DNA from: Arsenophonus sp. NEOnobi-MAG3
Lineage (GTDB): Bacteria; Pseudomonadota; Gammaproteobacteria; Enterobacterales; Enterobacteriaceae
NCBI GenBank assembly: GCA_052171895.1
Contig: JBQMRN010000007.1
Location: forward strand, 2,111-66,110
Length of the DNA: 64,000 nucleotides
Direction of reading: 5' to 3'
A program made the position numbers and the translations under genes. The notes beneath the pieces are model-generated. The model searched no databases. It saw only the letters and a list, made by a program, of their open reading frames with translations, and was not told the origin of the DNA. Shown one piece after another: positions 1 to 11,538 of the stretch (positions within the stretch are counted from its first letter, which is position 1; each line of letters opens with the position of its first letter).

Positions 1-827
1 ATAAGTTTTATTTTTAAAATAGCGCCTTTTTTGTTGGCAAATTGCCTCAAAAAGAATAGCCACAGAAAAATATTGTTTATCAGCAGCAGAGGTCTGGCGG
101 CAACTGTTTTATCAAAAATTTGGCGAATCTCTCAATCTTGAAATAAGATTAAAAAATATGCCGATTAATTCTGAATTAGGTTATAGTGCCTCCTCAGTAG
201 GAGGCAGCGCTGACAGCATTAAATAAATATAGCCAGTCGCCATTTTGATAAAAATAGCTTGTTATTAATGATTAGATAATTGGAAGGGTATATTGCTGGT
301 AGTATTCATTATGATAATGTTGCGCCCTATTATTTAGGGGCATCCAACTGTTCGTTGAACAAAATAATGTAATGAGTTAATCAATTCCTATTTTTGCTGA
401 TTGGATTTTGGTGATGGCTTACCTCTGAATCAAGATTGCCACGGCAGAAGTAAGGGTGATTTTACCTAGCCATTATCAACAGAAGAATACAATTAAGTAT
501 GGTCGATTATTAGCTGGTTTTATTCATGCCTGTCATACTTAGCAAACTAATTTAACGATTGATATGTTGCAGGATGTGATCGCTGAACTCTATCGAGTTC
601 AAGTATTGCCCGGTTTTATAGCAAACCGCAACAAAGTAAAAATATCGGCGCAGTTGCTTCTTGTATCTCTGGTTCTGGGCCGACATTATTTGCTATTTGC
701 TATTTCCTATGAAAAAAAGATAGCAGAAAAAGTGATGCAATGCTTAACATAATATTATCTAAAAAATACAGCAGATTTTGTGCATATGTGTCGTTTAGAT
801 CAACTTGGTGCAAGAGTGATAGATTAA
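1..827 (+). pseudogene. thrB: homoserine kinase pseudogene (5' end outside window)
   Basis: Fragmented frames give ThrB motifs: [69 protein letters not shown]. Many stops and frameshifts. Confidence 0.9.
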
Positions 828-829
828 AA

Positions 830-1359
830 ATGAGATTATATAATTTAAAAATTAAACTGAGTAGGTCAGTTTTTAGCAGGCAGTTAAACAAGTGCTTGGT
901 TAAGGAGCAGGGTCTTTTTCTCGCTTGATTTACTAAAACTGAGTTATAAAGCGCTAACTAAATGGTTACAATAGAATTTTATCACCGTAGTAAGCATATA
1001 TTATTAGCGCTTTATTAGCGATGAAATACCGTTTAAACAACTGATATAGAGTGGGTTAAGAATGCGTTTAATTTTCCGTTAGTTTGTTAAATCAATAGAA
1101 GAAAATATTACTAGCCTGGAGAGTTGTATCATGATCAAATCTTAGCATTCAAAAATTTTGGTGGCCGGTTTGTTTTATGGCATAAATTCCAAGTAATCAA
1201 CCTATTACTATTTTAACCGCTACTTCAATGGTAGGTAGCGTAGCGCCGGTGCACATACTTTTTATCGTTTCAAGAATATTCAGGTGATTATTATTGATTT
1301 GAAAATAAGATCACGTCTTTAACAGGAAAAGTTATTCTGTATACAAGAGAAGAAAATAT
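830..1359 (+). pseudogene. thrC: threonine synthase pseudogene, 5' part, cut by IS1595 (very decayed continuation possibly at 2423-2568)
   Basis: ATG at 830 reads MRLYNLK, followed by Q-GLF, AFISDEIP, ELYH---LAFKNFGGRF, ITILTATS and QEKLFC remnants. Directly follows thrB as in thrABC. Confidence 0.85.
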
Positions 1360-2422
1360 GGCTATGTTGGCAAAGGTTGTTGCTAGAATTTCTATACTAT
1401 AAGAAAGGATTTTTGCTAGAAGAGAGGTTATTATAAAAAAGCAAATAATTATCCCTCAAAGAGACTCTTTCTTCACTTTCCCTGCTAATATTAAAGCTGC
1501 ATTTCATTAGTTAGCTAGTTAGATTGCTGACAATCTGTTGGATGATGTCGATTCATGCATTGAAGCAACTCATTCCGCTTTATCTTGCCTATACTATTAC
1601 AGTAAATATCTTATCTGCTGGGAATATTCATTAGGGTTACAGTGCAATATCGTTGCAAAATCCCTGATTTTAGGAAAATATTTAACAATCATATTGGAAG
1701 TCTTCTGGCGAAAATTACATCATATGGATAAATGCTTTAGTTATTTGCATGTATGTTGCATAGCTTGACGTTACACGTGAGTTAGCGAAACAAGTAAGGT
1801 ATTAATTTAGAAACAGCGTTTAGAGCTGTCCTCACTGCTTCATTACTTCAGCTGGCGACAGATCAAGATAAATGTACTAAGTGTTATTGTTGAAGTCGAC
1901 GAGATATTTTCTCATAAATTCTTCAAATAGAAGCGTTATATCCTTCATATAGGAAAGCTAGAAAACACAAAAAAGGAAGACATAAAAGGAAAGAATGAAT
2001 CCGGGCGAGTCTTCCATAGCCTGAGATCAATAGTGGTCATGTGAGCGATGAGATGAGATTCTTAAAGAGTTTTATGCAGAGTATGCTTTAGCTGTTTTCT
2101 TGAGGCGAACATCGATAAAGAGTCCATCCTTTACTTGGCTGGAGCTAAATGGTATAAAACGTTTGCTAGGGAGTATGAAATTAATCACCATCGACTAATA
2201 AGGTTGAATAATTAGAGACTTATTGATAATGAATTTCATATTCAAGATATGAAGAGTTATATCAGACGATTAAAAGGATGCCTAAGTAGATTCCATTGTA
2301 TAGGGTTGTTTTATTTACCGAATTATCTGGCTTGAGAATATTGTTTGAATCCATAAGAATTGATATACAGACGTGGCTACAAATTGCTCTGCGAGCAAAG
2401 CAATAACCTTGCCAACATAGTT
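1360..2422 (+). mobile_element. IS1595-family element, degenerate transposase
   Basis: Left end GGCTATGTTGGCAAAGGTTGTTGC and inverted right end GCAATAACCTTGCCAACATAG. Remnants of an N-terminal Zn-ribbon (CP-C...GLQRY-CKS), VEVDE and FHIQ--SY-SRLKG. Homologous to 34330-34826, 35233-35990 and 58996-60036. Confidence 0.8.
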
Positions 2423-2568
2423 AAAACCATTCATAATATTTTATATATATATTCTTTCTCTAAAAGAGGCAACTTTGCATTTAATGTACTTTTTTGAATA
2501 TTCTGTGAAGTTAGTTACATTATTGTAATTGAATTTGAAGCTACTGTCTATTCCTCGGTTAATTAAGT

Positions 2569-3990
2569 ACATATGCTCATTTCTGGTATATTGAGTTTCG
2601 AAGATGGCGGTGTATACTGTGATTGATTTCGTGAATGGTTTCAATAACAAAAAAATGATATGCCATGAAAGTCTATCCTATATCCTATATAAGTATCCGA
2701 AAAAACAGATACTTAGCTGTGATTTCCTTGTATGAACTCATCTGTAATGTGTTGCCAGGTAGCTGATAGCCAGCCCAGCGTTGAAGCTGAGCTAGAAGGA
2801 ATGCTGCAACAACAAATGCTAAAACCTCCCCGCCTTGTCGACGGGCGGCACATTTCCGTCGTCAGTAACAGTTATTTGCTATAGCAAACTTATAATACAG
2901 ACTAGTATTGGCGATTTTAAAATTAAAGTGCCTAAAATTATGGATTTCAGCAGTAACGTGATATGCTTCAACAATTTATTAGTACCGCCTTATTTTAAGC
3001 GTGTAAAAAGCGTCAAAGAGTTGTTACCATTGTTGTACCTGCGAGCCATATCTCCAGCGGAGATATACTAAGCTCTGAACGTTTCTCGCTGAAAGTACAT
3101 AGTCTCTCTCCCAGTACCATCAATCAGCAAATTGAAACAGCAATTGCCTGAAGAGCACAGGCAATGGTTGTTCGCCTGATTTAAGCGATACCGCTACCTT
3201 ATTTTTTGGAATATGGCATATATATACGCCTATCAGGCGCAAGATAATCCTTTTTGCCTCCTGGTCATTATTGGCGTCAGTAAGCATGGACGTAAGGAGC
3301 TGTGGTTGTGCTCGAAGATGCTTATTGAGCGTCAAAAGCGAACTCTGAGGGCTAAATTTCTCAATGGTCTACGAGCGCGTGCCTTAACCGTATTTCTTAG
3401 GATTGCTACTGGAGACGCTGCCCTTGCTTTTTAAAATACAATGGCAAAGATATTCCTGGACACGCAGCACCAACGCTGTTGGGTACATAAAACAGCTAAT
3501 GTGCTGGTTTCACATGTAACCGAAAGTTAAGGCTGAGCTGCGCGATGGGGGTCCTGGTCTCCCTGCCTAGTACAGAGAGTTTTGATGCCGCTAATAACGC
3601 CATTGATATTTTGCTGATAAAGCTTTCAGCGAACTATCTATCCTCTGCAGCGATAAGAAGCTGGAGAAAGATCGAGAAGAATTGCTGGCATTCTAAGACT
3701 TCCCCTCAGAGCACTTGGCGTCAATAAGAACGATAAATCCAATTGAATCAGTTTTTTTACAGTGAAGCTACTAAGAGCTGACGCGCGAAGAACTATGCTT
3801 TGAAAGAAAAACACCCACTTTCAATGCTTATTTAATTGCTATAGTTTATTTAAAAAAGCTGAAACCAGCTAAAGAGATTTTTGAGCAGCTGATCCTAGTA
3901 GTAAAAAACGTCTAATTTAAGGATGGAGAACAGACTTATGAAGCATTAGAGTGGAGCCTGATCGTCATACACTAAATTTACTAATAACTC
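2569..3990 (+). mobile_element. IS256-family element, near full length, transposase shattered
   Basis: Imperfect ~24-bp terminal inverted repeats (left GAGTTATGCTyATTTyTGGTrTAT type; right ATACACyArATTTrCTAATAACTC). Mutator-type motif QRCWVHKTANVL at ~3470-3505. Confidence 0.9.
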
Positions 3991-4131
3991 CATGGCTGGA
4001 GTTGCGTGTCCGGGCATATCTTTGCCATTGCATTCCAAAAATAAAGGGCACCGTGGACCACCCCACTAAGCTTAGGAGATACAGTTGGCAACGATGTGCT
4101 CTTATGCCATTGAGAAGAAGCAGCTAAGTTT
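3991..4131 (-). mobile_element. IS256 internal fragment, cut by the oriIS end of IS91
   Basis: Minus-strand GALYFWNAMAKICPDTQ-Q matches the other IS256 copies. Confidence 0.8.
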
Positions 4132-5511
4132 ATGGTTAAGAAATTAAATAGCTCTTTAAGTGAAGAGCAAAAGTTAGCCATTTTTGCTAAATGGAGATAG
4201 AATTGGTTTATTGGGTGTCTATTGTCAGTTAAAATTTCATCAAAGTGTGTATTCTTTGACCTAATTCACTAATTTTAGAGATAAAAACCTTAAGTTAAGC
4301 TTAATAAGCATCGTTATTTTCAATTTAATGCATTCTTTCTAAGAAGAATTTTCTTCCTTATTTGGTAAAGTGTGTGAGCCTCATTAAAAAGTAGCCTGTC
4401 GTCACACAGAATGCATTTGTACAGATCTATGCGGAAGAATCCTTTCATCAAAATGACTAACCTCTGTTTTTGGGTGGTCGTCATCTCCAGTGTCTAATAC
4501 ACCTTCGGTAATAAACTGCTTTGTTTATTATTCAACAAGAAACAATAATAACGTACTATCTTAATATGCTTAGCGATGGGCATAGTGAAAGTAATGTGTT
4601 GCCAGTGCAAATTGGGTAAAATATAAGCACTGCTGTGCTAATCACAGTTTGGTAGCTTGACTCAGCATGAACTGCAGCTTTTGACTTACAGCTTTTGGAG
4701 AAAAACGGCTGTTGGAATCTTCAGAAGAGGCATAGCAGTAGGGCTTGGTTTTGATGGACACCCATGGCATAAAAGTGTTGTAGGTAAGTATTCGCTAGAC
4801 AGATAGACGGGTTCACGAGTTAACACTTTCACCCTGTTTTTCAAGAAAATTATTCCAGCTGTCATCAATGCTGAAAGCAGTTTAGTTTTTTGGTATACAT
4901 CTTGGTATCTGGGTAAATATTACCCTCTTGGTATCTTGCCAGAAAAATAAAAATCGTCCTTCTGTTCAAATTTGTCAGTTCTATTGGCTAAGTTATCTTT
5001 GTGTTTGTTTTATGGTAGCGAAGGAGACGTTGGATTATTCCTATTTCCTTATAGGTTATGAATTCATCATCAAGCATAGTTTCCTCATTTTCTCAATCAA
5101 TGCAGTTATATTCATCGTTATCAGGCTTGTCTGGGCTGTTTGTTTGAATGCAGGGATAATCGTGACTATAGGGGAATAATAGTTATGTATCAAAAAATTG
5201 GGAACTAAGTTGGAGGCATTGCTGTATGGCCTCTTTTTGGGTATCATGAAAAATTCAGTCGGTCTGTTATTATTAATTTCGGAAGGGGGATCATAAAGCG
5301 GTTCGGATAAACCAGACGCTATAATACGTGAAGTCACATGTTGTTTTTCTAATTTATTTGGAGGGTTACGCTTTTTAGGAGATTTATTTTGAGCCATCTA
5401 GATGAATTTCTTAAAAATTAATATATAGCGAAATATAAAACAGTATTCTAATCATGAATATCCCAGAAGCAGTATAGCTTTATCGTTCATACCATAGTGT
5501 GTGCTATTTTC
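4132..5511 (-). mobile_element. IS91-family rolling-circle element with internal deletion of the catalytic core
   Basis: oriIS-like end ATGGTTAAGAAATTAAATAGC at 4132 and terIS-like end near 5511. TnpA remnants include the MY---KLLF start, C--C--C and WQHITFTMPH. Sequence jumps at ~4572 from the KMVRYY region to HITFTMPH, removing the HUH and YxxxY motifs. Upstream ORF remnant at 5056-5397. Confidence 0.8.
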
Positions 5512-5619
5512 CATGACAGGAGTGTATATGCCATCGTTGGCCTAAAAATAATGTAGTGCGTATCATTAAATTATGGAGCAAGCGCAGTGCCTGTATTTTC
5601 TAGCTATTATTATTTTAAT

Positions 5620-6197
5620 TTAGTGAGGGTAGTGGTATTCCAAGAGAGACCATATGCTCTCACTGAGAAGCTCTCCTTAATGAGTTTCTCAGTGAAAATT
5701 ACCGGTGAGAGAGATGCCTAGTAGCTATGCTATGATAGCAACTTTTCGATGTTTTTTGCACGCTTCAGTTAAGGTGATAGCAACGAGCTGTTGAAGCATA
5801 TTCCGTTGCCGATTGGTATATCCCCTCTGGGGGGACCCTTAGGCACTTTACTCTCAATATTGCTAATACCTGTCTGTATAGTATATTTTGGCAAATAATA
5901 ACCATTACGGACGACGGCGCAACATGACGGCTGCGAGAATGCAGTATGTTCAGGATGTTATTGCAGCATGACTTTGTGCTCATGCCTCAAAGGCGGTGGC
6001 TATCAGATGCTTGGCAGGATTACTACGGATGAGTTTATACAAGGGAACAGATGTGATATCTAGTTTCGTGGATACTTGGTATGGTAGACTTTTCATGGTA
6101 TATTATCTCTATATTATTGAAATTATTGATAAAATTAATTAGCAGGAAATACGCCAGCATCTTTAAAATCCAATACACAAGAAATGAGCCTAAACTC
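5620..6197 (-). mobile_element. IS256 5' half
   Basis: Left terminal repeat at ~6175-6197 on the minus strand. Colinear with the first ~550 nt of the other copies. Confidence 0.85.
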
Positions 6198-6610
6198 TAA
6201 GAAAATTATTTTCCATATCTATTTTTTATTTGTTGTTTATTCTTTGTTATTTATTAGGCTAGATTAATTATATTTTTGTAATTTAGAGTATTAAGTTGTG
6301 ATGGACATCATATTAATTAGTTTTCAGATTAATATTCGATCAAATTTGTATTATATATTTCGATGAAAATTAGTTTTATATTTTATTTAATTTCTATTAA
6401 ATCATTATTTTCTATATGTTTTGGAAAATATTAAGTTGATTTTTTATTTTCTATGCCCTCCTGCGAGGGAGTGATTTCATTTATGGCAATGAAGTAAAAT
6501 AGACAATAAAGTAAAAATTACTCATCTAATTATTAATGACTTAACAAGATTATTCTGAATTAGATTTATTAGTCATTTACTTGCTAGTAAATTTATTTGC
6601 TAAATTTATC

Positions 6611-6664
6611 TGAGATTTAATAAGAAAACCAATCAGTTATGATTGGTTTTCTTATTAAATCTCA
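6611..6664. repeat. perfect 25-bp inverted repeat with 4-nt loop, immediately 3' of the decayed tRNA (possible perfected terminator)
   Basis: TGAGATTTAATAAGAAAACCAATCA-gtta-TGATTGGTTTTCTTATTAAATCTCA, checked base by base. Confidence 0.9.
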
Positions 6665-6745
6665 AGCTACGTGAAAGGATTTTTACCCCTAGACTCCCGA
6701 TATCCAATGAGAGTGTACGCTGCCACAGGCTGCAATACATTCTGT
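6665..6745 (-). pseudogene. proL: decayed tRNA-Pro (proL) gene
   Basis: Minus strand CAGAATGTATTGCAGCCTGTGGCAGCGTACACTCTCATTGGATATCGGGAGTCTAGGGGTAAAAATCCTTTCACGTAGC resembles enterobacterial proL as I recall it (CGGCACGTAGCGCAGCCTGGTAGCGCACCGTCATGGGGTGTCGGGGGTCGGAGGTTCAAATCCTCTCGTGCCG). proL normally lies directly downstream of yejM. The T-loop TTC and acceptor stem are broken. Confidence 0.75.
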
Positions 6746-6825
6746 CCAATATAAACTTATTTTATTATAAAATTCATTTTAGTTCAGAATCAATATCAAG
6801 TACTACGACTGCTTGATTTTAAGCA

Positions 6826-8574
6826 TTAATTAATATAAAAATGGGTATATTCAGCAAAAGCTCTTAATAGTTGAGTTAAATCAGGTTTTTCATCTTTTAT
6901 TTTTTTACCTTTATCATCAAAGATATAAACCTTTCCATTTTGATTAATGTATAGCGTTTTATTGGTAAAGTTAATAATCAATGCTTGTTCATCACCTGAT
7001 AAAATCCAGGGTTGATTACGTTTAGGGGTAAAAAGATCTTCACCTTGAGAATAGTCTTTTGGTGAATTATCAACATACAGTAAACGTTGCATTAAGGTGG
7101 TCATAATATCTTGATGACTGGTTAGCTTATTAATCTGTAGCGAGCTATTATTGGGCCAATATACCCATAAAGGCACCTTCATTTGTTTAAAATTAAATTT
7201 ACCATTGTTACTGAGCCATTTTTTTGCTTCATGAGTCTCTGTATTGCTACTATTGTTTGCTGTAATGACGAGAACGGTATTGTTTAACATATTTTTTTGT
7301 TTTAACGTATCAAGTATGCGTTTAATCTCATGATCTAATTGTAATTTATTGTCACTTTGTGATTGATGATTATCAAAACCATTAAGATTAAGAAAAGAAA
7401 ACCAGCGAATATGGTTTTTTATCCTATATAACCATTTAATCCATTCATCGGTAGTTCTATAATCATTACTGGCAGTATTTTCTGGTAATGAATAATCTGC
7501 CAGAATTGCATGACGGAATAATGGCGAGTTAAATCCAGCCGATGAAAACAGACCAAATTGATAGTTTTGATATTTTAATGCTTCAAGTAGGGCGGAAGGT
7601 TTTCTGCTATTAAGTATACTATCTAAATAACTAGGTGATAAACCGTAGAATAGGCTAAATAGCGCGCGTTGATTTTGAATACCTGCACTGAGATGCTGAT
7701 TGAATTGTGTACTTATTGCTTTAACAGCATTTAATGCTGGCATATCTTCAGTAATATTTTGATAACTAAGATTATTAACGACAAGCAGTAATAAATTATA
7801 TTTTGGTGTTTGTTTTTTGTAGCTAAGTGGTTTAAGTGGATATTCAATAGATAGTGCTGAAGGATTGCCTTCTTGTTGTATTTTTCGTTGATATTCCATT
7901 TTGTCAAGATAACCATAGCGTTCAAGAAATTTTCGTGCTGTCATTGGATGACATAGCGGATAATTAGCTCGTTGCATAGTTATTGGGCGATAAAAATTTG
8001 CATCAGCCAAAATATACATTAAATGTGATGCAACAAATGCTATTATGAATATACTTACCAAGAGTTTAGTAAGTGGTTGACGGGTTAGGCTATTTAATTT
8101 TTGCCAACTCCAGGTAGCAAATAACATCTCAATTAAAAAAATAATTGGTACAGAAATAAACATCAACTCCCATTCTCGTACAATTTCACTGTTTTTAGGA
8201 TTTATTAATAATTCCAATAGTAATGGCGTTAAATGGAGGTTATAGTGCGAAAAAAAAACGATATCAAAAATAAGAAAAATTAGTATGCTTGTAGCAAGAA
8301 TGATGTATAGAAATCTTAGTAATCGCTCTGAACAAATAATGAAAGTGAGAGGAAAGATGATTAAAAGATAGCAGGCAAAAATAATAAAGCTAAAATGTCC
8401 AAGCCAACTGACAATAGCGTAAATGCGGCCGAATGATGTACTCGGCCAATCAAAAACAAACAGATATCGGCTACTTAATACTAAACTGAGTATTATATTA
8501 AATAACGTAAACCAATGTCCCCAGCTTATCATTTGGGAAATTTTTTTACGATAGTTTTGAGAGTTGGTTAGCAT
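6826..8574 (-). CDS. yejM: inner-membrane LPS homeostasis protein YejM/PbgA/LapC
   Basis: 582-aa ORF. N-terminus YRKKISQMISWGHWFTLFNI, five TM segments, YRPITMQRANYPL-HPMTARKFLE, C-terminal sulfatase-like domain. Confidence 0.95.
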   Translation of the reverse strand: MLTNSQNYRKKISQMISWGHWFTLFNIILSLVLSSRYLFVFDWPSTSFGRIYAIVSWLGHFSFIIFACYLLIIFPLTFIICSERLLRFLYIILATSILIFLIFDIVFFSHYNLHLTPLLLELLINPKNSEIVREWELMFISVPIIFLIEMLFATWSWQKLNSLTRQPLTKLLVSIFIIAFVASHLMYILADANFYRPITMQRANYPLCHPMTARKFLERYGYLDKMEYQRKIQQEGNPSALSIEYPLKPLSYKKQTPKYNLLLLVVNNLSYQNITEDMPALNAVKAISTQFNQHLSAGIQNQRALFSLFYGLSPSYLDSILNSRKPSALLEALKYQNYQFGLFSSAGFNSPLFRHAILADYSLPENTASNDYRTTDEWIKWLYRIKNHIRWFSFLNLNGFDNHQSQSDNKLQLDHEIKRILDTLKQKNMLNNTVLVITANNSSNTETHEAKKWLSNNGKFNFKQMKVPLWVYWPNNSSLQINKLTSHQDIMTTLMQRLLYVDNSPKDYSQGEDLFTPKRNQPWILSGDEQALIINFTNKTLYINQNGKVYIFDDKGKKIKDEKPDLTQLLRAFAEYTHFYIN

Positions 8575-8591
8575 GTAATATTTTATCTGCT

Positions 8592-8826
8592 AAATTAGTG
8601 AATTTTTTCTTCATTAAAGAAGCAAGTAATGCTTAAGAAAATATGCTACTAGCCGCGCTGCTAGGCTGAGTTAGCGTAGCAGTTGTAAATTAAGTTTTTA
8701 CCGTGTCAACTGATACTATCAATGATAGTATCAGTTTGATGCTTTATGTTTTTCTAATACTTTGACTAATGTTTAGGAGCAGATGTTTAATTTTCTTATC
8801 ACTATAACTTGATGATCGTGGGATAA
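8592..8826 (-). pseudogene. yejL: YejL pseudogene
   Basis: Minus strand P-SS-YSD---K-LL, VLEKHKA-TD, T-V-NLI and FNEEKIH* match YejL. Start codon lost (ATC), frameshifts present, syntenic just upstream of yejM. Confidence 0.8.
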
Positions 8827-9077
8827 TAAAATCCTGAATGAATAAAGCTTTATGCTTTAGCGTATTGTTGCGTTTTTTGCTGTAGATTTTGTCTGATTTT
8901 ACTGCATAAATTCATTTAGTAATATTTTAAATTAACCTGTTTCCATGACTTATAGATCTTATTATATGCCAATAATACAAAAATGTTATATGAATAAATA
9001 TCAATTTTTGGCGTGAGAAAAGGTTATTAATATTTGACTATTATTTATCTTTATGCCATAAGGAAAGAAAGAAGTAA

Positions 9078-9113
9078 ATGATAATTCTGGATTATTAGCC
9101 AGATTGCTTTACA
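9078..9113 (+). pseudogene. yejK: first ~11 codons of nucleoid-associated protein YejK, cut by IS256
   Basis: CTG GAT (T) ATT AGC CAG ATT GCT TTA CA gives LD-ISQIAL, compared with YejK MSLDINQIALH. Divergent from yejL as expected. Confidence 0.6.
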
Positions 9114-10577
9114 GAGTTATTAGCAAATTTGGTGTATGGCGGTTGTTAGGTTACCATGCACTCTGATGATTTGTGAATTTGTTTGCATCCTTAAATTGGA
9201 CGTTATTTATCACTATGGTCGAGATTAAATCCCCTTGAGTGTGCTGGTTCCAGCTTTTCTGAGCAGACTAGTAGTAGTTAAATAGCATTGAAAGGGAAGG
9301 GTTGTTTTCTCGAATCACAGTTTTCGCGTGTCTGGCTTCGTATAGTTTCACTCGCAAAAAAACTGATTCTAATCGGATTCCTCGTTTTTATTAATACCTG
9401 TCTTCTGACGGAGAAGACGTAGAATGCCAGCAATTCTTCTTTTTGATCTTTCTTCAGCTTCTTCATCGCTGCAGAATATTTCTCTAAAAACCTTGGCAAG
9501 AAAACATCAAGGGCTTTATTAGTAGTATTATCCCAGCTCTCTCTGCTAGATACAGAGCTCCTTGCTGCAGCTAAGCCTTAACTTTTTGTTGCATGTCTTT
9601 TGGGAGTGAAGAGATCAGTACATTAACTGTTTTGTATACCCAACCACCTTTGTTGGTTGCTGCGTGTCAAGGAATATCTTTGCATTGTATTCAAAAACTA
9701 AAGGCACCATCTCCCCTAGCAAGCCTTGTGGATACGGTTAAGCTATGTGCTCGTAGCCTATTGAGAAATTCGGCCAAGTTAACTTCTGACTTTTAATAAC
9801 TATTTTTGACCATATCTAGCTCCTTATGTCCATGCGTTATTGACGCCAATAATAACCAGCAGGCAAAGACTATTATCTTGCGCCTGATAGGCGTGTATAT
9901 ATACCATCGGCAAAGAAATAAATGTAGCCTGGTATCGCTTAAATCACGCGAACACCATTACCTCTACTCTTCATGCCATTGTTGTTTCAATCTGCTGATT
10001 GATGATTGTACTTACTGGATGATGGTACTTACTGACAGAAAGACTATGTACTTTTCAGCGAGAATCGTCTAGAGCTTCGTAAAAATTATTGGTGGATATA
10101 CCCTCGAAGCTATATCCATGGTAGCAACTTTTTGAGGTTTTTTGCATATTTCAGATATGTTGATAGCAACGAGCTGTTGAAACATATTCTGTTCCTGCTG
10201 CGATCCCTGATCTTAGACAGTTTACTTTCAATATTCCAATATCAATTTGTATTATAAGTTTGCTCTAGCAAATAATCATTACGGACGACGGGGGGGATGT
10301 GTGAGACGCCCATCTAGAAGGCAGCGTTTTTAGCATATGTTGTCGCAGCATGCCTTCTAGCTCAGCTACAACGCGGCGGTGGTTATCAGCTGCCTGGTAG
10401 CATTACGGATGAATTTATGTAAGGGAATCACAGCTAATATCTGCTTTTGCCGATATTTGTAGGGTAGACTTTTCATGGCATATACCATCTCTCTCTTGTT
10501 GAAATTATTCACAAAATCAATCAGCAGGAACCCCCCAGCATCTTTGAAACTCTATACACTAAAAATGAGTATAACTC
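9114..10577 (-). mobile_element. IS256-family element, full length, degenerate
   Basis: Both terminal repeats present (GAGTTATTAGCAAATTTGGTGTAT at 9114; ATACACTAAAAATGAGTATAACTC ending 10577). No shared flanking duplication. Confidence 0.9.
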
Positions 10578-11535
10578 AGCATATGCCTTGCTCACCTAAT
10601 CTAACAGAGTATTTAACCCATTAGGTAAGTTATATAACTAATCAGTAAGCTGTACACAGTTCTCCAAATATGCTAAATCTTCTATTTTAAAATTTCTCTT
10701 CCAAAAATGATATTACCAAAAAAAGTCGTTGATAAAATAGCCGGCTCTTATTTCAGTATTGTAATACAATTACGCAACAGTTGATGAAAAACTGAAGACA
10801 GTTAGCCTCCATCAATTAATATTTGTACTTTTTGGCAGGAGGGGCGAAGGGGGGATACTCATTAATAAGTTAGTAATCGTGCTTTTCCGATAGCTATATG
10901 TCCAACTAATGCGACAAATTCATTGTCCTCTATCTGTAATCAATATCGTACAATACATGTTTATTATCAGAATAAGAAAAAGAAAGCTTTTCATATCTAT
11001 GCGCCATGACAATAAAGGTAATTGATCATAGCCATAACATTGGCGTTGGCGGCTTACCTATCAATTTAAAAATTCTTTCGCTTGAAACTACTGTTTTTTG
11101 CAATACAGATTGCTGTGAAGTTAATTTAATTAATGGTTCATTTAAACATCAAAGATAATTAATAAAAGCCTAGAAAATAGCCAACATCAATAACATCTAT
11201 TCCATTAAATCCAAATAATAGAACTGACTTTATAAAGAGCTAATGCAGAAAATAAATTCAATAATTGGTGTATAGTAAAGTAACAGTATCTAACTTTAAT
11301 ACCTGCATTTGTGCTATATAGTGCTGAATATTTATTACTAATCTTTTATTACCAAATCAGGTGGCGCAGGCCTTTATAAATTGTTGAATAAGAGTCATAT
11401 CATTAATGATTTCATTAAAAGCATCATTGATGTCAGTTAGATCAAATGCACATTTGAGGAACAATTGTTGTACTCAAACGCTGGTAAATTATCATGATCA
11501 AAAATACGATAGGAAAAATTAACCTAGCGATAATT
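10578..11535 (-). pseudogene. mdlB: internal fragment of ABC transporter MdlB
   Basis: Minus-strand remnants IFP-V---IIYQR-ST, DINDAFNEIIN-M-LIQQF, LNEPLI-LT-QQ, FVALVGH---GKST (Walker A) and TVQL...GL-T-LGEQG. Both ends cut by IS256 copies. Confidence 0.85.
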
Positions 11536-11538
11536 GTG

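Noticed and set aside
2423-2568. Clear target duplication for the first IS1595
   Set aside because: Flanks GAAAATAT and AAAACCAT match at only 5 of 8 positions, too decayed to claim.
564-6000. Many 60-113 aa ORFs in the track as novel small proteins
   Set aside because: They are fragments or antisense frames of thrB/thrC and IS1595/IS256/IS91 remnants. The same holds for nearly all short ORFs at 9-12, 19-22, 26-28, 32-36, 38-39, 48 and 58-63 kb.
6200-6610. Extremely AT-rich stretch as a replication origin or foreign DNA
   Set aside because: No DnaA-box cluster, iterons or coding signal. Most simply eroded intergenic or pseudogene DNA.
6611-6664. Long hairpins as CRISPR repeats, REP/ERIC elements or a MITE family
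   Set aside because: The palindromes share no sequence, are not arrayed with spacers, and most derive from the surrounding gene sequence. No cas genes are present.
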